Source: Verrucomicrobiota bacterium (lineage in GTDB: Bacteria > Verrucomicrobiota > Verrucomicrobiia > Limisphaerales > UBA11358). From it: a stretch of 64,000 bases of DNA. The position numbers and the translations under genes were made by a program. Positions 57,667 to 64,000 of this stretch are shown one piece after another. The stretch lies in contig JBEKBA010000001.1 in the NCBI GenBank assembly GCA_050015635.1, positions 100,978 through 164,977 on the forward strand, written 5' to 3'. The first letter of the stretch is position 1. Each line of letters begins with the position of its first letter. Under the pieces are notes generated by a model. It made no database searches, was not told the origin of the DNA, and saw only the letters and a list, made by a program, of their open reading frames with translations.

Positions 57667-58941
57667 TCAAACCGTTCCCGGCGGCCACAAACTTTTTCCA
57701 ACGTCCGTCCGAAAATAGCTGCCCACGACGCGGATTTTGCGGATGTTCGCGTAGGCTTTCGCGATCGCCGCGTCCAGTTTCGGCGCGAGCGCGATCACGT
57801 CCGCGATGCGATGGCCGGTGGTAATCAAATTACCGTCTGCGCCGCACGCGACTTCGTTCCACCACACGTCGCAGTCGAAATGGCCGTCCGTTTCCAGGGG
57901 CAATTGCGGCCCGCGCACCTGCGTGAACGGATAACCGTAGCCCGCCAGCGTGAGCGAACAACCGAAGTTCAATTTTTCGTTGAACTGTAATTTTAATTTT
58001 TCGTTCCGTGCCGTTCGCAAAACAACATTCCCCGGATTCTTCAGCATCCGCAAAATCATCGGGCCGGACGTGACGCCGATGCGGATGTTGTATTCGATGA
58101 CGTGCCATTTGCCGCCGCGCTTGATGGCGGTGACTTGCAACGGCCCGTTGAATTTCGCCTTGCGCAGCCACGGTTTCAGCGGATGAATCAATTCATGCGC
58201 CAGACCGTATTTGTCATTTTCGTCGCGTTCCACAAGTCCACCAAGCGGCGCGCCGGCGATGATGCCCAGGTTGCCGTTGAAGGCATATTTATATTCCTGA
58301 TTCGTGACGAGAGAATGAATTTCGCCGCCGCTCACGAGCGCGATGTGCCCGGCCTCGGCGCGTCCGAGATATTCCTGCAAAAAAACACCCTCGGCGTAGT
58401 TAACGTGCCGCAGCCACGCGCGCGTGTCGGCGACCGTCTCGCACAAAATCGTGTGGATCGGGCTCGTCGGCGAGCAAAGCGGATTCTTGATGACAAACGG
58501 TTGAGGGTGCCTTTGTAAAATGCGCTCCGCCTCCAGCCGGTTCTGCGCGACGTAGGATTGTGGAAAAGGAATTTCAAAATCCGCGCAGAGTTTCCGGGCA
58601 AAATCACGTTCGCTTTCAATCCGCATCGCTTCGCCGGTCGGACTAAAAATCGGGGTCTTCGCTTTCAGCAAATCCTCCGCCCACGGCGACTGCGCCCAAT
58701 CAATGGATTGCGGAATGACGCAATCAATTTTATTTTCCTTGAGGAGCGGAATCGGGCTGGAAAATGTGTCACGCGAAAACGTTTTTCCGATGAGTGACGG
58801 CGAAAAGTGTCCGTAATTGCGCGTCAGATAAGTCGAAACATTCGCGCCCGTGTCCACCAGCGCGCGCCCGATGCTGTGCGCAAACGAGCCGACGCCGAGA
58901 ATCATCATAGCGAGCTTTGGCGTTTGAGGTCTGCGTGACAT
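57667..58941 (-). CDS. Divergent PurD-like ATP-grasp ligase
   Basis: Collinear with phosphoribosylamine--glycine ligase (KIDCVIPQS...IFSPTGEAMRIESERDFARKL...VIEYNIRIG...GHRIADVIALAP...AYANIRKIRVVGSYFRTDVG). Signature segments differ: GSFAHS replaces GGREHA, and there is no DHKR..D.D.GPNTGGMG. Start trimmed to MSRRPQ (58941). Confidence 0.6.
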   Translation of the reverse strand: MSRRPQTPKLAMMILGVGSFAHSIGRALVDTGANVSTYLTRNYGHFSPSLIGKTFSRDTFSSPIPLLKENKIDCVIPQSIDWAQSPWAEDLLKAKTPIFSPTGEAMRIESERDFARKLCADFEIPFPQSYVAQNRLEAERILQRHPQPFVIKNPLCSPTSPIHTILCETVADTRAWLRHVNYAEGVFLQEYLGRAEAGHIALVSGGEIHSLVTNQEYKYAFNGNLGIIAGAPLGGLVERDENDKYGLAHELIHPLKPWLRKAKFNGPLQVTAIKRGGKWHVIEYNIRIGVTSGPMILRMLKNPGNVVLRTARNEKLKLQFNEKLNFGCSLTLAGYGYPFTQVRGPQLPLETDGHFDCDVWWNEVACGADGNLITTGHRIADVIALAPKLDAAIAKAYANIRKIRVVGSYFRTDVGKSLWPPGTV

Positions 58942-59161
58942 ACCGAACTTTTGCTGCGTGCAAAAGTGTTCACGAATTATACGCGCAGTGCAATGACAAG
59001 CTCGGCATGAAGAACGGAGCCAAGGGCCGGACAGCCATAATCCAGACAACGAACGGATCAGCGCAATCACCCTCAGAAATTCAGAAAAGCAAACCAGCCA
59101 CGCCGTAAACCAAAAAGATGTTCCGGCCCAAGATTATATTGGGAGCGACCGGCAGCGGAAT

Positions 59162-60469
59162 TTAAATTACCGTTCCGTGCGGGATAATGGCGTTTTTGGG
59201 AATGACGACGATGCCGTCGCGGATGTGATAAAATTCGTGATCCAAATTGTCAGTTTTGCCGACCGGTGAAATGGTCACGTTGTTTCCAATGCGCGCATTT
59301 TTATCAATGATGGCGTTCTCGATCTTGCAATGCGCGCCAATGCCAATGCGCGGCTTGCCTTGGCTTGCATTTTTGAGTACCGATTCTTCCGACTCGTAAT
59401 AGTCGCTGCCGAGGATGACGACACGGTTCAGTTCCGTGCCAGCGCCGACGACGGTGCGCAGGCCGACGATGCTGCTGGAAATGCGCGCGTGATTGATGAT
59501 GCAGCCGTCGGAAATCACGGCGTGGTCAATCTGCGCGCCGTTGATTTTCGAGCCGGGCAAATAGCGTGGCCGCGAAAAAATCGGCGCGCTCATGTCAAAG
59601 AAATTGAAGCGCGGCAGTTCGGAAACGAGATCAAGGTTCGCGTCGAAAAACGAGCGGATGGTGCCAATGTCCTCCCAGTAGCCTTGGAAAACGTAGGAGA
59701 AAACGCGGCGCGAATGGATGGCGTGAGGAATGATATGCTTGGCAAAATCGGAGAGCGGGTTGTCGAGCAACTCGCGGATGAGGTCGCGGTTGAAAACGTA
59801 AATGCCCATCGAGGCGAGAAACGATTCGCCACTGCCTTTGATTCCGAGTTTTGATTGCAATTCCAGTTGCAATTTAAACGAATCAAGCACGGTCGGGTCT
59901 TTCGGTTTTTCCTCAAAGCGTGTGATGCGGCGGTCGTTGGCAATTTGCAAGATGCCCAGCGACTGCGCTTCCTTCCGCCCGACGGGAATCGAGGCGATGG
60001 TGATGTCCGCGCCGGTCTCGACGTGTTGCGCGATGACTTCGCGAAAATCCATCCGATACAATTGGTCACCGCTCAAAATGATGAGGTAATCGAAATCATG
60101 ATTGAGGAAATGAACCAAATTTTTTCGCACCGCGTCCGCCGTGCCTTCATACCACGACGTGTTGGTAAAAGTTTGTTGCGCGGCGAGGATTTCCACAAAG
60201 CCACTCGTGAACGGATCGAATTTATACGTCCGCGAAATGTGCCCGTGCAGCGAAGTGGAATTAAACTGCGTTAAAATGTAAATGCGCCGGAAGCCGGAGT
60301 TGATGCAGTTCGAGATAGGGATGTCCACGAGCCGGTATTTGCCGGCCAACGGCACGGCGGGCTTGGCGCGATCCTTCGTCAGCGGGAACAGCCGCGTGCC
60401 CTGACCGCCACCCATGATGACGCAGAGAACGTTGCTGGTGTTGAGCGATTGGCGACCGGTTTGTGACAT
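59162..60469 (-). CDS. glgC: Glucose-1-phosphate adenylyltransferase
   Basis: VIMGGGQGTRLFPLTKDRAKPAVPLAGKYRLVDIPISNCINSG and a C-terminal left-handed beta-helix region. Start trimmed to MSQTGRQ (60469). Confidence 0.9.
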   Translation of the reverse strand: MSQTGRQSLNTSNVLCVIMGGGQGTRLFPLTKDRAKPAVPLAGKYRLVDIPISNCINSGFRRIYILTQFNSTSLHGHISRTYKFDPFTSGFVEILAAQQTFTNTSWYEGTADAVRKNLVHFLNHDFDYLIILSGDQLYRMDFREVIAQHVETGADITIASIPVGRKEAQSLGILQIANDRRITRFEEKPKDPTVLDSFKLQLELQSKLGIKGSGESFLASMGIYVFNRDLIRELLDNPLSDFAKHIIPHAIHSRRVFSYVFQGYWEDIGTIRSFFDANLDLVSELPRFNFFDMSAPIFSRPRYLPGSKINGAQIDHAVISDGCIINHARISSSIVGLRTVVGAGTELNRVVILGSDYYESEESVLKNASQGKPRIGIGAHCKIENAIIDKNARIGNNVTISPVGKTDNLDHEFYHIRDGIVVIPKNAIIPHGTVI

Positions 60470-60619
60470 AAAATTGCGAGACGCACAACAAATATACCGA
60501 CACTGGTGACAGGGCAAGCAAGGGTTGGGGTTGTATTATTTGTCACGGAAATTGACTCAATTCAACAATTCTAAAACACTGCCTGCGAAATCTGCAATAA
60601 CCCTCAACCCAATCAAACC

Positions 60620-60925
60620 ATGCAAAAACGACTCACTCACATTGCTCCGGTAAAACTTGGAATTGTTCTCGCTGTTGTTTATGGCGTTATGTCGCTAATT
60701 ATTATCGTTCCTTTTTTTCTCCTTCACTCGCTGGCTAGTGTTGCAAACACCGCGAAAACAGGCTCTCAAGGACTTCCCGCCATTTTTACGGGTGGCTTCC
60801 TAATTTTTCTGCCTGTTATTTATGCGGTGATTGGGTTCATCGGCGGAGCTATCGCCGCTCTCATTTACAATCTTGTTGCGAAATGGACCGGCGGAATTGA
60901 ATTCACCACGGAAGAAGCGTCTTGA
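60620..60925 (+). CDS. Small membrane protein (3 predicted TM helices), unknown function
   Basis: 101 aa with hydrophobic stretches LGIVLAVVYGVMSLIIIVPFFLL, FLIFLPVIYAVIGFIGGAIAALIY. Confidence 0.5.
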   Translation: MQKRLTHIAPVKLGIVLAVVYGVMSLIIIVPFFLLHSLASVANTAKTGSQGLPAIFTGGFLIFLPVIYAVIGFIGGAIAALIYNLVAKWTGGIEFTTEEAS

Positions 60926-60928
60926 ATT

Positions 60929-62221
60929 TTAAACTGTTTGTCTTCCGCGCACGATAAATGGCGCGAATTCATCGTGATGATGTAGTGGAATACGGGCCTT
61001 GAACTTCGCGGTTTTGCCATGGTAACGCCGCTCGATGACCTGCCCGACTTTGTGCAGCCGCGCAATGACAGCAGCCCGTTCATGCGGCACGCGCAATTCC
61101 AGAAATTCGCGCGCCGGACGCAACTGCGTCCCGATTTCCTCGATCAAAATTGAAATGCCGTCACCCGTTGTCGCAGAAATCGCAACTGCGTCCGGATATT
61201 TTTCCTGCAAACGATTCAACGCACCGTTACCATTGAGCCGGTCAACTTTGTTGAAGACCATCAGCGTGGGTTTTTCGCCCGCGCCAATTTCGTTGAGAAC
61301 CGCATTCACCGCTGCGATTTGTTCCCCGGCTTGTGGATGACTGATGTCCACAACGTGCAACAGCAAATCCGCCTGCACGACTTCTTCGAGCGTCGCCTTG
61401 AAAGCTTCGACTAGTGCATGTGGCAATTTTTTGATGAAGCCCACCGTGTCCGTGAGCAACACATTTTGGTTCGTCGGCAATTTCAGCCGCCGCGTCGTCG
61501 GGTCGAGCGTCGCAAATAATTTGTCCTCGGCCAAAACCTGCGCGCCGGTCAGCGCGTTGAGCAACGTGGATTTACCCGCGTTCGTGTAACCGACGATGGA
61601 GGCGAGCGGCCAGTTGTTCCGTTGGCGGCCATTGCGCTGGGTCGAGCGTTGCTGGCGCACGATTTCAAGTTCGCGCGAAATCCGGGCGATGCGGTCAAGC
61701 ACGCGGCGGCGGTCGGTTTCCAACTGCGTTTCACCATCGCCACGCATCCCGATGCCGCCTTTTTGACGTGACAGGTGTCCCCAATACTTGGTGAGGCGTG
61801 GCAGCAAATGCTGCAACTGCGCCAGCTCAATCTGAATTTTACCTTCGCGTGTGCGGGCGCGTTGCGCGAAGATGTCAAGGATCAGCGACGTGCGGTCGAG
61901 AATTTTGCAGTTAAAAATTTTTTCGAGATTGCGGCTTTGCGCAGGCGAAAGTTCGTCGTCGAAAATGACCGTATCAATTTCACTGCGCTGACAAAAGTCT
62001 CCCCATTCGCCGGCTTTACCTTTGCCAATGAACGTGGCGGCGTTGAGTGATTCCATTTTTTGCGTGCCGTCGCCGATGACTTTGCCGCCAGCGGTCGCGG
62101 CCAGTTCACCAAGTTCGGCCAGCGAATCGCGAGTGTCCGCGCCATTGTGCGATTTGAGTTCGACGCAGACGAGGAAAACCCGTTCGGGCCGCGTGTTTCT
62201 GGTTTCGATGAGTGCTTTCAA
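60929..62221 (-). CDS. hflX: GTPase HflX
   Basis: HflX N-domain, then G1 GYTNAGKST, G3 DTVGF, G4 NKVD. Confidence 0.9.
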   Translation of the reverse strand: MKALIETRNTRPERVFLVCVELKSHNGADTRDSLAELGELAATAGGKVIGDGTQKMESLNAATFIGKGKAGEWGDFCQRSEIDTVIFDDELSPAQSRNLEKIFNCKILDRTSLILDIFAQRARTREGKIQIELAQLQHLLPRLTKYWGHLSRQKGGIGMRGDGETQLETDRRRVLDRIARISRELEIVRQQRSTQRNGRQRNNWPLASIVGYTNAGKSTLLNALTGAQVLAEDKLFATLDPTTRRLKLPTNQNVLLTDTVGFIKKLPHALVEAFKATLEEVVQADLLLHVVDISHPQAGEQIAAVNAVLNEIGAGEKPTLMVFNKVDRLNGNGALNRLQEKYPDAVAISATTGDGISILIEEIGTQLRPAREFLELRVPHERAAVIARLHKVGQVIERRYHGKTAKFKARIPLHHHDEFAPFIVRGRQTV

Positions 62222-62323
62222 CTGGTGCTGATTATCTTAGCAAAACCATTTCGGGAGGCGATTCGAAAATTTTCGAACGCCGCGCTTTACATTTTTGCCG
62301 AATTTCGCTTTCGTCTTCTGACC

Positions 62324-63586
62324 ATGAAAAAATTAATACTGCTTTCGGCGTGGGTTTTTTGTTGGCTGGTTTTTACCTGTGTTATCGTGGCGCAACCGCT
62401 GCCAAATATCGAACTCAAACAAGTTTTCCCCGATTTGCAGATTGACCGCCCGGTTTGGATGAGCGAAGCGCCGGACGGCTCCGGACGTTTCTTTATCGTC
62501 GCACAGGCTGGGAAAATTCTGGTCGTGAAAAAAGGTTCAGACGGCAGTGGCGTCAGGGAATTTTTGAACATTGAAGACCGCCATCCTTATTTCGACAACG
62601 AGGACGGCCTGATGAGTATTGCATTTCATCCCGGCTTCAAAACCAACGGCCTGTTCTACATTTATTACAACCAAAAAAATCCTGCGGATCAACATTCACA
62701 GCCGCTGAATTTTCCGTTCCGCAGTGTCATCAGCGAATTCAAAGTCTCCGCGACTGATCCTGATAAGGCCGACCTGAGTTCCGAGCGCATCATTTTGAAA
62801 GTGCAACAGCCGTTTTCCAATCACAAGGGTGGGGAATTATGTTTTGGCCAAGACGGTTATCTTTATCTCGGTCTAGGCGACGGCGGAAGCGGCGGTGATC
62901 CATTCGGCAGCGGCCAAAGTACTTCCACGTTGCTCGCCAAAATGCTACGCATTGACGTGAACACGCGCAGCACAACCATGAACGGCTGGCACCGGGAGGA
63001 ATTGGAATATGGGATTCCGTCCGACAATCCGTTCGTCCATGAGCCAGACATCTACAGCGGTGCGCGCAAGGAAATTTTCGCCTACGGTTTGCGGAATCCG
63101 TGGCGATACAGCTTCGACCGCGAAACCGGCGATCTCTGGGTCGGCGACGTCGGCCAGGATTTGTGGGAGGAAGTTGACCTCGTCACCGGAGGCGGGGACT
63201 ATGGCTGGAGCGTGCGTGAGGGCGCGCATCATTTCAAGCCCGGCCCGGCCGGTGCGCAATACATTGATCCCGTCATGGAATACACACACCGGCCAAACCT
63301 CCAGTCGCAGGGAATGTTTCCCGACCACAGCATCGGTCTGTGCGTGATTGGCGGTTACGTTTATCGCGGCAAAAATTTCCCCGCGCTCGAAGGCGTTTAT
63401 GTTTACGGCGATTACAACCTCGGCACAATTTGGGGATTCCGCTACGATCGCGATGCACACAAAGTGACGGCTGAAGGCACGCTGCTCCAGCAATCGAAAA
63501 ACATCAGCAGTTTTGCCGAAGATCAGGACGGCGAAATTTACGCCATTATGTTAAGCGGTGAGATTTATTCAATCGCCGTGCCGTAA
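62324..63586 (+). CDS. PQQ-dependent sugar dehydrogenase-like beta-propeller (soluble glucose/sorbosone dehydrogenase family)
   Basis: Signal/anchor MKKLILLSAWVFCWLVFTCVIVA. FFIVAQAGKILVV, HKGGEL.FG.DGYLY, GLRNPWRYSFD, GDVGQDLWEE. Start trimmed to ATG 62324. Confidence 0.8.
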   Translation: MKKLILLSAWVFCWLVFTCVIVAQPLPNIELKQVFPDLQIDRPVWMSEAPDGSGRFFIVAQAGKILVVKKGSDGSGVREFLNIEDRHPYFDNEDGLMSIAFHPGFKTNGLFYIYYNQKNPADQHSQPLNFPFRSVISEFKVSATDPDKADLSSERIILKVQQPFSNHKGGELCFGQDGYLYLGLGDGGSGGDPFGSGQSTSTLLAKMLRIDVNTRSTTMNGWHREELEYGIPSDNPFVHEPDIYSGARKEIFAYGLRNPWRYSFDRETGDLWVGDVGQDLWEEVDLVTGGGDYGWSVREGAHHFKPGPAGAQYIDPVMEYTHRPNLQSQGMFPDHSIGLCVIGGYVYRGKNFPALEGVYVYGDYNLGTIWGFRYDRDAHKVTAEGTLLQQSKNISSFAEDQDGEIYAIMLSGEIYSIAVP

Positions 63587-63879
63587 CACGGCAAGGAATC
63601 AGGCGTTATCCAAACCATCCGTCCGGAACCGGTTTTCGCGTGAGCGATGAGGGCGAGCGTGGCAGATAGGCCACGCGTAGCCCGAAGTCTCGTTTAGACA
63701 TCAAAAACCATAGGATGTTGGGATGTCAACGAGAGGTTAAACAACGGCAAAACCCTTGTGAACAAAGGACGGCTTCAAATCAGGACTCTTTCACTTATAT
63801 GGGGGGCTTAAACGAGTTTTGGACGAGTCGTTGTCCTTGAAAAAACGTTTGAGGCAGCAGCGTAAAAAGGCATCAGATT

Positions 63880-64000
63880 TCACGGTACGATGACGCGCAA
63901 CCGTTCGTGCTCAATCGAAAATTTCGCGGGCAAATTGCCGATCCACTCGCCGTCCAATTCAAACGCCGCCGCTGTTTCACCGTTCAATTCAAAACTCGCC
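63880..64000 (-). CDS. C-terminal end of a diacylglycerol-kinase-family lipid kinase (YegS/BmrU-like); rest outside window
   Basis: The minus frame reads ASFELNGETAAAFELDGEWIGNLPAKFSIEHERLRVIVP-stop. The DGE...P..F.I....L.V.VP ending is typical of DAGK_cat proteins. The fragment is below the ORF-track size cutoff. Confidence 0.45.
   Translation of the reverse strand, partial: ASFELNGETAAAFELDGEWIGNLPAKFSIEHERLRVIVP

Noticed and set aside
62060-62323. N-terminal extensions of ORF-track entries (62060 for the dehydrogenase, 20277 for DUF4340, 40578 for CPBP, 59070 for the ATP-grasp gene, 60517 for glgC, 49051 for argH, 6860 for trpE, 23398 for DUF2851).
   Set aside because: Each extension overlaps a neighbouring gene or a repeat, or precedes a Met that begins a signal peptide or the conserved family N-terminus. 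Internal starts were used instead.
63778-63870. A tmRNA-like look: a GGGGGGCTT run followed about 60 nt later by an in-frame ...GAG GCA GCA GCG TAA (EAAA-stop), reminiscent of an ssrA tag.
   Set aside because: The 5' end does not match the tRNA-like acceptor/GGATTCGAC pattern. The tag would start far too close to the 5' end. There is no T-arm or CCA-type 3' end downstream, because that sequence is the end of a minus-strand coding region.

Overview
The window reads as a largely housekeeping chromosomal segment. It is probably from a PVC-group, Verrucomicrobia-like bacterium. That placement is an inference from an H-X9-DG prepilin-like protein, several prepilin-leader proteins and the style of the intergenic repeats; nothing was searched. 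I support about 60 protein-coding genes. Amino-acid and cofactor metabolism: trpE, hisI, leuB, leuC, lysA, argH, thiL, and a frameshifted purU. Translation and RNA modification: infC, glyQS, tadA, tsaB, tsaE, a Dus-family enzyme, hflX. Envelope and storage: alr, glgC. Other identifiable units are an NfeD/stomatin pair, orphan two-component proteins and two thioredoxin-fold proteins. I found no rRNA, tRNA, CRISPR array, transposase, integrase or obvious defence gene. Five things deserve a second look. (1) A tightly coupled five-gene minus-strand operon (15636-23345) joins a GldA/F/G-type ABC-2 transporter to a DUF4340 protein and an AsmA-like protein. (2) A minimal type IV pilus / type II secretion-like operon (9723-15620) encodes an ATPase, a PilM/N-like fusion, a PilO-like protein and a secretin. 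Its pilin genes are scattered at 28313 and 34445-37357, and a second ATPase paralog sits at the window start. (3) A divergent PurD-like ATP-grasp gene, alr and a Cys-less Bpt/ATE-like transferase lie in one row (55515-58941). (4) Two co-oriented intergenic repeat families are present: a two-hairpin element with wobble-compatible substitutions, and arrays of CACGRATT units phased at 10 bp. (5) An exact 15-mer sits just upstream of two unrelated genes. Many long ORFs in the supplied track are antisense shadows of real genes and were rejected. Several ORF-track starts were trimmed to internal start codons where homology or a neighbouring gene indicates a shorter protein. All family assignments come from motifs recognised by eye.
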